Assembly: GCA_046292385.1 (NCBI GenBank)
Contig: JBKBRF010000045.1
Location: 1 to 57,346, forward strand
DNA length: 57,346 nt
Reading direction: 5' to 3'
From: Armatimonadota bacterium
GTDB taxonomy: Bacteria > Armatimonadota > SYMT01
Shown: positions 1 through 8,794 of the stretch, piece by piece
How the letters are laid out: each line of letters starts with the position of its first letter
Numbering within the stretch: position 1 is the first letter of the stretch
The notes under the pieces: model-generated
Told to the model about the DNA's origin: nothing
The model's input: only the letters and a program-made list of their open reading frames with translations
Databases searched by the model: none
Position numbers and translations under genes: made by a program

Positions 1-120
1 CGGCAGCGGCAGCCAGTGGAAGTAGACTGCCATCGGCATGCCGATCACCAGCAGCGCGATCACGATCGTGACGCCCCAGAACAGGGTGTCGGTCCAGGAT
101 TCGGGGCTCTCTTGGTACAT
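1..120 (-). CDS. 5' end of a host membrane-protein gene (partial; runs off the window)
   Basis: ATG at 120-118 opens MYQESPESWTDTLFWGVTIVIALLVIGMPMAVYFHWLPLP..., with a clear TM helix; GGGAG RBS upstream lies in phage DNA. Confidence 0.6.
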   Translation of the reverse strand, partial: MYQESPESWTDTLFWGVTIVIALLVIGMPMAVYFHWLPLP

Positions 121-237
121 CTCGGGCTCCCTTTTCCCTCGCTAAGCAGGCTCCGGCAACCAGTAGTTCCGGACCTGAATCGTCGGCTTCATCCCCTTCG
201 CGACGGTGACCCGCAGGACGCTCTGGTAGATCTGCTG
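117..237 (+). repeat. 121-bp direct repeat, copy 1 (host-phage att junction at 116/117)
   Basis: Identical to 57226-57346; sequences diverge immediately left of ACAT. Confidence 0.95.
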
Positions 238-1737
238 GAGCAGCACGGGCTCATCTCCGGCCTCTGCCCAAGCGTCCTGAATCTCCTCGATCAGCGCGGC
301 CGCTTCCCGCGCCGCCTGCTCGGGCGACTGGAGGTGTCCCAGGGCCTCGCGCGCCTTCCGTAGCGCCGCCTGAATCCGCTCCCGCTCCACCGTCAGGGTT
401 GCTGCCTTCTTACCCAGGATGTCTGAGGGAAACACCCCCTTCAGGGCTTCGTCAGCGAGGCGCTCGAGACGGCCGGTCACCTGAGCCAGCTCCCGCTGGA
501 GCTGCTCTACCCGCTGCACGACGTCGCCGGCCTGGTCGCGGAGCTGCCGCGCATGCTCCCGGGCTCGCTCGATCAGGTACTCCGGGTGCCGGACGATCCG
601 CTCCACCTCGGCGTGCGCCGCCTGCTCCAGGGTCTCAGCGCGGACGCGGGTGCCGCAGAAGGGCATGCCGTCGCGCCGCCGGCTCTGGCACTGGTAGTAG
701 CGTGCTTCGTAGCCGGGCCGAGTCTTGTTCTTGCAGACCCGGAACGACTCGCAGCGGAGCCGCTGGCCGCTGAAGCCGCGGCAGAGACCGCACCAGGTGA
801 CCCCGGTGAGGAGATAGATGCTGCTCGGCCGGCCGGTCCGGCTCCCGGCGTCCTCTCGCCGCTGCTGCGCTCGCCGCCACAGCTCCTCGGAGACGATCGG
901 CGGGACCGGGATCTCGATCCACTCCTCGCGGGGGCGAGGGACCGCTGCGATTCTCGGCCGTCCGGCCGGCGTCTTCCCGGGCACGTGCCGGTGCTCGGCC
1001 GTGCCGTAGTACGCCGTGCCGTAGTAGGTGGTGTTCGTGAGCATCCGGCGCAGGGTCGTGCGGGTCCAGAGGGCGCCGGCCCGGGTGCGCAGCCCCTGCT
1101 CCGTGAGCCAGGTGGCGATGCGCCGGTCCGACCATCCCGCCGCGGCGCGCGCGAACATCTCCCGCACGACCGCGGCCTCCGATTCCACGATCAGATACTC
1201 TCCGCCCCGGCCAGCAAACTCCGGGATCGCCGCGGCTTCCGCCCGGCTCACCTGGCGATAGCCGTAGAGGGTCGGGCCGCCCGGCATCTTGCCGCTCTTG
1301 GCCTTGGCGTAGCGGCCGGCGTTGGTCCGCTCGCGGATCTGCGCGTGTTCGAATTCCGCCACCCCGCCGAGCACGTTGAGGAGGAGCCGGTCCGCGGGGC
1401 TGTCTCCGCTGGCGTGCTCGACGAACTCGATCCGGATCCCGCGCTGCCGGAGCTGGTGCAGCACGTTCTGCGAGAGGCGGTTCTCCCGGCCGAGGCGGTC
1501 GATCTTCATCGCGACGAAGAGGTCGACGACCCGCGCCTCGACCAGCTCCAGCACGCGATTCAACGCCGGGCGGTCCTCCAGGGTGCCGGAGATCCCGCCG
1601 TCGACCACGTGCTCGATCAGCAGGTAGCCGTGCCGGGCGCAGTGCTCGGCGAGCATCCGCTGTTGCTCGGGGAGGCTGTAGCCCTTCTCCGCCTGCTGGG
1701 AGGAGCTGACGCGGGCATAGGTGACAGCGCGGAGCAT
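142..1737 (-). CDS. Large serine recombinase (integrase)
   Basis: YARVSS catalytic Ser motif, DRLGR, recombinase domain, Zn ribbon (CGLC...YYQC...C) and coiled coil; 531 aa. Confidence 0.95.
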   Translation of the reverse strand: MLRAVTYARVSSSQQAEKGYSLPEQQRMLAEHCARHGYLLIEHVVDGGISGTLEDRPALNRVLELVEARVVDLFVAMKIDRLGRENRLSQNVLHQLRQRGIRIEFVEHASGDSPADRLLLNVLGGVAEFEHAQIRERTNAGRYAKAKSGKMPGGPTLYGYRQVSRAEAAAIPEFAGRGGEYLIVESEAAVVREMFARAAAGWSDRRIATWLTEQGLRTRAGALWTRTTLRRMLTNTTYYGTAYYGTAEHRHVPGKTPAGRPRIAAVPRPREEWIEIPVPPIVSEELWRRAQQRREDAGSRTGRPSSIYLLTGVTWCGLCRGFSGQRLRCESFRVCKNKTRPGYEARYYQCQSRRRDGMPFCGTRVRAETLEQAAHAEVERIVRHPEYLIERAREHARQLRDQAGDVVQRVEQLQRELAQVTGRLERLADEALKGVFPSDILGKKAATLTVERERIQAALRKAREALGHLQSPEQAAREAAALIEEIQDAWAEAGDEPVLLQQIYQSVLRVTVAKGMKPTIQVRNYWLPEPA

Positions 1738-1738
1738 C

Positions 1739-2005
1739 TCAGGCGGCGTCCTCCTGGTGGAGCTCGATCAAGTCGCGCTCGAAGTCGGCGAGCCATTCAT
1801 CGATCTCGGCTTTCGACCAAGCGGACGGCGGCCGCTGGAAACCGATGAAGCTCGGATTGGGAAACGCTCCGTAGCGATCCTGGAGGCGCACGAGGCCCTC
1901 GTTCAGGCGGAACATTCCGGTGAGGCCGGGCTCCTGCCGGCAGAGGATGCAGCGGTCGAACTGGGCGCTGTTCTTCCGTCCGCAGTTTTCGCAGGTCCAC
2001 TCCAT
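1739..2005 (-). CDS. Zn-finger plus AlpA/Xis-like small protein (candidate RDF)
   Basis: WTCENC...N...CILC finger; C-terminal GAFPNP...WSKAEIDEWL; GAAAGGA RBS before ATG 2005. Confidence 0.55.
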   Translation of the reverse strand: MEWTCENCGRKNSAQFDRCILCRQEPGLTGMFRLNEGLVRLQDRYGAFPNPSFIGFQRPPSAWSKAEIDEWLADFERDLIELHQEDAA

Positions 2006-2027
2006 CGCAGTTGTCCTTTCATCCAAG

Positions 2028-2864
2028 TCAGTGAGTCGTAGGGTGTTGGTACGTGCGCCGGCGCGCCAGGTCCGCGGACCAGGCCTGCAGCTCGTCGAGC
2101 TGGACGGGCAGCCAGCGGGGCCGCCGGCAGAGTGCCGGGAGCGTTTCCACCGCGAAGCTCCGGTACTTCGCGAGGATCTCCTGCGGGCGCATCGCCAGGA
2201 GATCCCCTTTCAGCCGCACCTCGCGATCGGCGCGGGTCTTCGCGCTGACCGGAATCCGAAGCCGCGGCCGTTCAGTGTCGAGTAGCACGAGGGATTCGGT
2301 CGGGCCGGTGTGCAGCTCCAACCGAAAGCGGCGGGCCGCACACCAGGCGGGCAAGTAGTTCAGCCGGAGCACCTCGCCGTTGACCCGCCGGACCCGCCGG
2401 TCGGCGATGTTCCAGGGCAGCTCCGTCAACTCCGAGATCTTCTCCGCGTCGTTGATCTCCGCGACCAGGTGCATGGGCATCCGGATCGCCAGGATCAGCT
2501 CGTCCGCCAGCTCCTCTTCGTGCTTGTCCGCGCGAGCAGCCACCCGGTACTGAAGCCGCTCCTGGTCATCCATGCTCTGCGCGATCGCGCTGAATCCCAC
2601 GTCGAGCAGCGCGTGCGCCATCTCGTGAAGCGCCAGGCGGTTCCGCTGCCAGGCCGAGAGCTGCTCCGGCACCAGGATCCGGTGCCGGCCGCCGCGGGCG
2701 GGTCTCCAGCTCGCCTGTTCCACGCCGCAGCGGCGGACCGTCACCAGCGGGCTCGCCCACTTCAGGAGCAGCGGCGTCTGCTGCACGCTCATCCAGCTGG
2801 TGAGCCCCAGCCGAAGCCGGAGCGCCGCCGCGCGCTCTTCGATGTAGACGTATCGAGTAAGCAA
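2028..2864 (-). CDS. ImmA/IrrE-family metallopeptidase
   Basis: ALHEMAHALL (HExxH) followed by EEELAD; lies in the lysogeny module. Confidence 0.75.
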   Translation of the reverse strand: MLTRYVYIEERAAALRLRLGLTSWMSVQQTPLLLKWASPLVTVRRCGVEQASWRPARGGRHRILVPEQLSAWQRNRLALHEMAHALLDVGFSAIAQSMDDQERLQYRVAARADKHEEELADELILAIRMPMHLVAEINDAEKISELTELPWNIADRRVRRVNGEVLRLNYLPAWCAARRFRLELHTGPTESLVLLDTERPRLRIPVSAKTRADREVRLKGDLLAMRPQEILAKYRSFAVETLPALCRRPRWLPVQLDELQAWSADLARRRTYQHPTTH

Positions 2865-2972
2865 CCGCCTGACCTCCCGCCGCCGAATAGCAAATTAATG
2901 TTTGCGTATCCGGCGCGTGAAGTCATGTCGATTGTGCGAACTCAGGGTGTCAAACGGTGCCGTGGATGCACG

Positions 2973-3860
2973 TCAGGAAGAGGCGGTGCTGGCCTCTTCC
3001 TGTTCTTCGTGCTGGCGCAGGCACTCCGCGATGGTCTCTGCGAACTGGTCGGCCTCTTCTTCCTCTACCAGATCGACCTCGATTGGAATCCGAGACAGAA
3101 GCTCCTTCGCGTCCTCGTAGGCGGATTGATGTTCCGGCTTACGGGGCGAGCCAAGAAGTAAGTGCAGCTTGATCGGCTCGGTCGCCCCGTCCAGCGCGTG
3201 GCCATAGCCAAGCCACTGAGCCGCCTTCTTCGCGATGGCGTCCTTCCGGACCAGGTCGAAGGACAGAGGCTGGAGCATATGCCAGACTTCGTTCTTGAAG
3301 GCATGATCGAACTTGTGGCTGAACGAGTCGGCTTGCACGATCTTCTCACGGAAGACAGCGCCGACCTGGACCCGCTGCAACGCCTGGGCAAGCGGCCGAC
3401 GGTAAACCGACGACCACACTTCGTCGTCGCTCCGTTTCTCCGGCTGTTCCTGGGTGTACTGAGACGTGACCAGACGTACGAACAGGTCGGTGAGCGTACG
3501 CTCCAAATCGTCCGTGACTCCAGCGAGCACCGGCCCGTAGCGGTAGCTTAAACCCTGGTCCGGCCAGACGAGAGCCGCTACTCCCGCGGCGTCCCTCGGT
3601 TGATCCACTATGGGCAGATCATCCTTCAGGGAGTCGCGGATCGCACCGACTGCGGCATAGAACTGGTTTACTACGCGCCGGTAGTGATCGCCATCAAACC
3701 CGACGAAGGCTTCCGAGAGCCGCGAGTAACGGGAGTCCAGCCGCGCGGCGAGCAACCCAGCTTCACGGGCGTAGAGGAGCACTCCAATGTTGAGCGCTTC
3801 CCCGACCACGGGGTCGTGGACGTACCGGAGCGCGCAATAGGTGTAGGTAACCCTACTCAT
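2973..3860 (-). CDS. DUF3037-like protein
   Basis: YTYCALRYVHDPVVGEALNIGVLL N-terminus; ATGA overlap with the upstream kinase. Confidence 0.8.
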   Translation of the reverse strand: MSRVTYTYCALRYVHDPVVGEALNIGVLLYAREAGLLAARLDSRYSRLSEAFVGFDGDHYRRVVNQFYAAVGAIRDSLKDDLPIVDQPRDAAGVAALVWPDQGLSYRYGPVLAGVTDDLERTLTDLFVRLVTSQYTQEQPEKRSDDEVWSSVYRRPLAQALQRVQVGAVFREKIVQADSFSHKFDHAFKNEVWHMLQPLSFDLVRKDAIAKKAAQWLGYGHALDGATEPIKLHLLLGSPRKPEHQSAYEDAKELLSRIPIEVDLVEEEEADQFAETIAECLRQHEEQEEASTASS

Positions 3861-4690
3861 TTGATGCTCCGTCTCAGCTCCCACCGGAGCTGGTCAAGAT
3901 GCGCTTGGACGGTACAGATATGCTGACACACCTTAATGGCCCACGGCTGCCACCCCACGGGCATGCAGCCCACGAGCGCTTTCATTCGCCCCTCTGTCAA
4001 CTGACCGAGCTTCGTGAGGAACGGTTCCCAATCGACCGCCTTCTCTCGGGATCGTAGGTGCCGATAGAAGACGTGGTGTTGATGTATACCCTGTTTCGTC
4101 ACTTCCCAGGGGTCCATCCTCTGCCCGAGCAGCGGAAGAAGGAAGGTGAACGCTAATTCAAAATCGTAGGCGAGCAAACGCTGCCCGCTGAAGGCACAGT
4201 TCGGATTGTGCCCCTTCCGGTCCGGGTTCTGGAAGACCAGGTCCCAAGCGAAGATCGCAACGGCCTGCGGAAACGTCTCGTTGGTCAGCGGGGCAAAGGC
4301 ACTGACCGGCGTGAAGTTCGCGTGGAAGTACTCGGACCCGAACGCCTCCCCCGGCTGGAGCTTCACCTGTTCCCGCCGCAGCACTTCCGCAATGTCGGGC
4401 CGGAGGAGCAAGGTCGGGTCGACGTTCACGACTGCCGGCGTCGGCGTCAGGATGCCCAGTTCTCTTGCGAGAAGATATCCAAAGGCCTCGCAGCAAAGGC
4501 TACGAGCATCAAGCTCGCCGCCCTTTCCCTTGACGACGAACTCCTGAGTGATCCGCGGGCCGCTCGGAGGTGACGCCCCGGGGATGATGATCTTGGGCGT
4601 GTGAACCTTCGTGCACAAGAATGTGGGAGGCCGATTCCGTCCCGTACGAGCTACGTCACGGATTTCTTCAGCTTCCCATCGCTCCAGCAC
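3857..4690 (-). CDS. HipA-like (PI3K-superfamily) kinase
   Basis: GRNRP loop, FVVKG Lys, E...LARELG, WD...NPDR...NPN and YDFE motifs. Confidence 0.85.
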   Translation of the reverse strand: MLERWEAEEIRDVARTGRNRPPTFLCTKVHTPKIIIPGASPPSGPRITQEFVVKGKGGELDARSLCCEAFGYLLARELGILTPTPAVVNVDPTLLLRPDIAEVLRREQVKLQPGEAFGSEYFHANFTPVSAFAPLTNETFPQAVAIFAWDLVFQNPDRKGHNPNCAFSGQRLLAYDFELAFTFLLPLLGQRMDPWEVTKQGIHQHHVFYRHLRSREKAVDWEPFLTKLGQLTEGRMKALVGCMPVGWQPWAIKVCQHICTVQAHLDQLRWELRRSIK

Positions 4691-4693
4691 CGA

Positions 4694-5287
4694 CTAGGCT
4701 CCCCCACCGCCCTGCTGCCGGCGCCGCTCTTCCTCCTGGCGCTCCTCTTCCTGCTCCGCCTTCAGGTCCTCTTCCAGCTCGGCGAGGATTCGGTCGACCT
4801 TCTCGTGGGTGAGGTCCCCAAGCCCGCTGAAGCGCCGTAGCGCAAGGTTCGGCACGTCGTAGCGCTGGGCCAAGGCGAGGATCCCGGCGCCGAGGCGGGC
4901 ATCGGGTGAAGGCCGTGCAGCAGGCGGGGCAGGCTCCGAATCCGGGTGAGCGCGCAAGCTGGCTACGTCAAGCCCGAGTTGCCTCGCCCGGCGCAGGTCG
5001 GCAGGGCTGGGCGTGAAGTCACCGGCCCGGTACGTGCCGCCCTCGGGTTCGCGCTTGGGCGTAGGCTCAACACGCGGATACCCCGTGAGCTCCAGCCACT
5101 CATTGACGTCCAGGCCGAATCCCTGGGCGAACTTCACGACCGACTCCATCGCGGGGATGCGGCCGGCGGCCATGTTCCCGATGGTGGTGTGGCTTACCCC
5201 CGTCTTCGCGTCAGCGTGGCGAAGGCTCATATCACCGAGCACTTCCCGCACTCGCCGCCCGAACTCTTCGTCTCGCTCTCGTCGCAT
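4694..5287 (-). CDS. XRE-family phage repressor
   Basis: HTH SLRHADAKTGVSHTTIGNMAAG; divergent from the cro-like gene. Confidence 0.85.
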   Translation of the reverse strand: MRRERDEEFGRRVREVLGDMSLRHADAKTGVSHTTIGNMAAGRIPAMESVVKFAQGFGLDVNEWLELTGYPRVEPTPKREPEGGTYRAGDFTPSPADLRRARQLGLDVASLRAHPDSEPAPPAARPSPDARLGAGILALAQRYDVPNLALRRFSGLGDLTHEKVDRILAELEEDLKAEQEEERQEEERRRQQGGGGA

Positions 5288-5348
5288 ACGTCAGTAGTAA
5301 CAACAACAACGCGTCGAAAGGTGCGGTATTTTCAGAGACGCGAAAAAT

Positions 5349-5406
5349 TGGTGTTGTCAGCAGCACATACAGGTGTCATAATTCGGTGTAGTTAGCAACA
5401 ACACCA
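5349..5406 (+). promoter_or_regulatory. Early rightward promoter and candidate operator
   Basis: TTGTCA (5354-5359), 17-bp spacer, TG-n-CATAAT (5377-5382); 9-bp inverted repeat TGGTGTTGT (5349-5357)/ACAACACCA (5398-5406). Confidence 0.65.
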
Positions 5407-5415
5407 GGGGACGCC

Positions 5416-5685
5416 ATGACGAAGACGGACAGGATGCTGCTCCTCGAAGCCCGTGCTGGCCGGGATATACGGGAGATCCTTCGGGACGCTTACGCTGCCG
5501 GAGGCGGAGTCCAGCGTGGGGCGGAGTGGATCGAAGAGCAGTACGGGGTCTCGATCAGCTTCGCGCTCTTCTCCGACTGGATTGAGGCCCTCGGTGGTGA
5601 GATCCAGCGCGAGCTCGTCTTCCCCGGACTGGATGCGGATGCTGGCATCGAGTCCGACCCCACTCCGATCGAGGCCCTGCCGTGA
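5416..5685 (+). CDS. Cro-like DNA-binding protein
   Basis: First gene divergent from the repressor; HTH-like VQRGAEWIEEQYGVSISFALFSDW. Confidence 0.6.
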   Translation: MTKTDRMLLLEARAGRDIREILRDAYAAGGGVQRGAEWIEEQYGVSISFALFSDWIEALGGEIQRELVFPGLDADAGIESDPTPIEALP

Positions 5686-5915
5686 GCAGCGCTGCCCGCC
5701 CCATCCCCGCCCAAATCCTGGCGATGTATGCGCCCGGCGAGATCGTCGGTGAGCCCCACTGGGACGAGGCCGGCGACCTGGTGATCCCGCTCGCGGACCG
5801 GGACGTGGTCCACACCGCCGCGGGAGCTGACGATGCCTGGCGCGGCGTGGTCGACCTCCTCGCCACCGCTGCCCGTGAGAAGCACAGTCGCACCGCGGTC
5901 CAGGAGGCCGCCTGA
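5682..5915 (+). CDS. Hypothetical protein
   Basis: GTGA-coupled ORF in the early operon. Confidence 0.6.
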   Translation: MSSAARPIPAQILAMYAPGEIVGEPHWDEAGDLVIPLADRDVVHTAAGADDAWRGVVDLLATAAREKHSRTAVQEAA

Positions 5916-5916
5916 G

Positions 5917-6426
5917 ATGGAAGGTTCCAACCCGCTCGATTTGACCATCCGCGAGCTGCTGAAATCGCATCGCGCTATGGGCTCCGACTACACCACCCTG
6001 CTTTCCCGAGACGGCGAGGAAGGCCCGGTGCTCTGGGCCGTGGTTGCTGCCACCGGTGAGGAAGCCGCCGCACTGGAGCGCTTCACGGACACCGAGTGCG
6101 ATGAGGACTCCCAGCCCGACCTCTCCGCCCTCGTGCAGACGGCGATCAAATACGGCGCCGTGCTCCAGGCCTCCGGTGAGGACGAAGACGGCGCTCCGCT
6201 GTTCCGCGTGGTGGTGGCCGCGGGTGAGCAGGCCGCGGAGCTGGAGGAGCGGGTGCGGCCGATGACCGCCGAGGGCGAGGACGATCCGGACCCCTATCGA
6301 GAGGCGATCGTCCGCACCCTGCGCGAGATCAACGCCGCCGCAGAAGCGGACATGCTCCGCGGCAACCCGGTGACGGGCGCTCACCACCGCGCCATTGAGG
6401 CCAAGCTCCGCGAGCTGGGAGCGTAG
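5917..6426 (+). CDS. Hypothetical protein with internal duplication
   Basis: AGGAGG RBS; two related segments GPVLWAVVAATGEEAAALE / APLFRVVVAAGEQAAELE. Confidence 0.65.
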   Translation: MEGSNPLDLTIRELLKSHRAMGSDYTTLLSRDGEEGPVLWAVVAATGEEAAALERFTDTECDEDSQPDLSALVQTAIKYGAVLQASGEDEDGAPLFRVVVAAGEQAAELEERVRPMTAEGEDDPDPYREAIVRTLREINAAAEADMLRGNPVTGAHHRAIEAKLRELGA

Positions 6427-6653
6427 CGCTCCCGCCGCCTGAGAGGTAGCCACCCCCACTCCTAGGTGCCGGTCGAGCCGGCGATGTGCAGCGCGAATTC
6501 TGGCCCGGATTTTTATGTGTGACCCGCCGGAGAGCGGGTATGGCGCCCGAAGCGTGGGCGCGGAAGGTTGCCGCTGGGAACGGTCCCAGACAGCAAAACC
6601 CCCGGTCGGGGACGAGCCGGCCGGGGGTCCGATGGACGAAAGGACGTTGCGTG

Positions 6654-7130
6654 ATGTCCATGTGCACTGTAACACAGTCCCCGCCCGCCCCGCAACCGAG
6701 CGACCTCCAGCGGGTCATCCTGCGCCAGGCGGTGATCCTGCGGGAGCTGCTGCCACCGCTCGGAAACGCCGTCGCGCGGGCCGTGCGGGAGAAGTTCGTC
6801 CAGTACTGGCAGGAAGAGATCTGCCGCCGCGGACGCCTCGCCCACCGGCTCGAAGAGCAGCGCGCGGCCTACCTCGCCGCGGTCCTGTCCCAGGCGAAGG
6901 ACTCCTTCTGGCTCGCACGGGCTTACCTGGACCCGGTGACCGATGACTGGCTCGCCGACGTGCGGGAGTGCCTCTCCTGCCGCGGCAAGGTCGAAGACTC
7001 GCGGGTCGCGACGCGCACCTGCCAGGCCTGCGCCCTCGCCTTCCTCTCCGCCGCCCCCCGCAGTCCCGAGCCGCAGCGCAACCGCCGTGGCGAGGTGATC
7101 GCCATCCGCCAGTTCGGGAGCGTCCGCTGA
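6654..7130 (+). CDS. Hypothetical protein with C-terminal Zn finger
   Basis: GAAAGGA RBS; CLSC...CQAC. Confidence 0.6.
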   Translation: MSMCTVTQSPPAPQPSDLQRVILRQAVILRELLPPLGNAVARAVREKFVQYWQEEICRRGRLAHRLEEQRAAYLAAVLSQAKDSFWLARAYLDPVTDDWLADVRECLSCRGKVEDSRVATRTCQACALAFLSAAPRSPEPQRNRRGEVIAIRQFGSVR

Positions 7131-7807
7131 TGGAAGTCAAGTGGGACCGGAAGTATCGGCCGTGGCTCTGCGCCGCGGAGCCCGACGCCAAGCGCCACCT
7201 GGACTGCGTGCTCATCACCGCGTCCGGCCTGATGGTCGCCACGGATGCTCACTACCTGTCGGTCACGCCGGCCCTCCTTCGCCAGCCGGCAGACGGGTTT
7301 GCCGGCGCCCTCGTGCCGGCCGCCTGGCTGGCGTGGGTGGCAGAGCGCCAGGAGCTGGCCTTCCCTGATGATGCGGGCTTCACCATCACGCTCCATCCGG
7401 GAATGGCCTCTGCGGAGACCGGCTCCGGCACGAGTACCACGGAGCTGCATCCGGCGGAGCGGTACGTCACCTGGGACCTCGTCGCCAGTAACACGCTGCA
7501 GAAGGCGATGGCGATCCTCGCCAGTGAGCGGACGGCAGAGCCGCCCCAGATCCGGCTGATACCGTCCTGCCTGGCGACGCTCTGCGAGGCGCTCGGGCTG
7601 ACTGACGCATTCGGCTTCGCACGCGAGACCCCGCTGATCATCGCGGGCGAGAACCGGCTGGAGCCATTGCTGGTCCTCACGTCCGAGCCGCTCGCCTTCG
7701 GGGTGCTGATGCCCGCCGGCGCCTCCTACACCGATCAGGATCCCTCTCTCCAGCGGAGCCTCTATGCCGTGCGGCATCACCGCGAACCCGCCCAGGAGGT
7801 GGCTTGA
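7130..7807 (+). CDS. Divergent beta-clamp (DnaN)-like protein
   Basis: MVATDAHYL resembles the DnaN VATDGHRL motif; C-terminal GVLMP. Confidence 0.45.
   Translation: MEVKWDRKYRPWLCAAEPDAKRHLDCVLITASGLMVATDAHYLSVTPALLRQPADGFAGALVPAAWLAWVAERQELAFPDDAGFTITLHPGMASAETGSGTSTTELHPAERYVTWDLVASNTLQKAMAILASERTAEPPQIRLIPSCLATLCEALGLTDAFGFARETPLIIAGENRLEPLLVLTSEPLAFGVLMPAGASYTDQDPSLQRSLYAVRHHREPAQEVA
7762..7779. promoter_or_regulatory. Palindrome copy A (degenerate), CTATGCCGTGCGGCATCA
   Basis: 13/14 match to the core ATGCCGCGCGGCAT; inside a CDS. Confidence 0.5.
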
Positions 7808-8280
7808 TGGAACGCCCATCCGTTGCCTACCGCCGGAAGGACAGCGCTTCCTTCGTAGAGTGCCCTGAGGGCAGCGCTGATTCAGCTCGACGCCTCTTCC
7901 AGACCGTTCACGAGCGAGCGATGGACCTGGGAGACATCGCCGAGATCGTCCTGCGCGAAGGCGATCACGTCGTCGATCGCTGGGTGGACGACTCCGAAAT
8001 CGTGCAGACCGTGCACTACGTGAACCTCACCGTCTGTGGACGCGATGTGCACAGTTGGCACGAAAGCTACGAGGCCGTACGAGACGCCCTCTGCACCCAC
8101 CTCGGGCAGTTCATCCACGATGACGACCAAGCGGAAGAGGGAATCCTCTGCGACGGGATTGAGCGGCTTGGCCGGGTGCTGCGGGATGTAGTCCGGGACC
8201 GCGAGACTGGCAGCTATTGCGGGCCGGTTCACCTTCAGGACTTCTGGCAGCACCGCGGTGGCGATGAGGAGCCCTCGTAA
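7807..8280 (+). CDS. Hypothetical protein
   Basis: AGGAGG RBS; TGATG coupling. Confidence 0.6.
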   Translation: MERPSVAYRRKDSASFVECPEGSADSARRLFQTVHERAMDLGDIAEIVLREGDHVVDRWVDDSEIVQTVHYVNLTVCGRDVHSWHESYEAVRDALCTHLGQFIHDDDQAEEGILCDGIERLGRVLRDVVRDRETGSYCGPVHLQDFWQHRGGDEEPS

Positions 8281-8549
8281 TGGTCTACCTCATCCACTTC
8301 GAACGGGCAGTCGGCACTCCGCGGAAGCGCGCGCAGCACTACCTCGGGTACGCCGAGGACCTTCCGTCCCGGCTGGACACCCACCGCCAGGGACGCGGCG
8401 CCCGACTGCTGCAGGTCGTCCAGCTGCTCGGCATCCGCTGGCGGGTGGTCCGCACCTGGGACGGCGATCGCGCCAGAGAGCGCCAGCTCAAGCGCTGGAA
8501 GAAGTCCCGCACGCTCTGCCCGGTCTGCCGGGGGAAGGAGGCGTTCTGA
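8280..8549 (+). CDS. Small GIY-YIG nuclease-like protein
   Basis: VYLIHF...HYLGY...RLDTH...G...ERQLK; C-terminal CPVC. Confidence 0.7.
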   Translation: MVYLIHFERAVGTPRKRAQHYLGYAEDLPSRLDTHRQGRGARLLQVVQLLGIRWRVVRTWDGDRARERQLKRWKKSRTLCPVCRGKEAF

Positions 8550-8791
8550 TGTTCACGGCCGAGCCCATTCCCAGCCCCGAGGAGCTGCGCGTCCTGGCTG
8601 ACGTGGGGCAGAGCGATCCGCAGGCGGAGCCCCCCTGCCTGGCGCCTATGCCGGACGGCATCGAGCCGTGGTGGTGGAACCCCGTGCTGGACTGGATGGT
8701 GCGGCACGCGGAGGCGCTCTGGCTGGCCTTCTGGTGGCTGCTGATCCTCTCCTGGCCGGCCTGGCTTCTCTGGGTCGCGCTGACGAAGTGA
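8549..8791 (+). CDS. Small Trp-rich membrane protein
   Basis: AGGAGG RBS; C-terminal TM helix. Confidence 0.6.
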   Translation: MFTAEPIPSPEELRVLADVGQSDPQAEPPCLAPMPDGIEPWWWNPVLDWMVRHAEALWLAFWWLLILSWPAWLLWVALTK

Positions 8792-8794
8792 GCT

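Noticed and set aside
117..237. 121-bp repeat as a biological att core or terminal repeat
   Set aside because: It includes the integrase 3' end and stops exactly at the window edge; serine integrases use very short cores, so an assembly overlap is more likely
998..1026. 15-nt tandem repeat in the integrase
   Set aside because: It simply encodes YYGTAYYGTA; two copies with no further structure
8646..8663. CTATGCCGGACGGCATCG as a sixth palindrome copy
   Set aside because: The arms match but both central bases differ, and it is explained by the codons for MPDGI; kept only as a possible weak site
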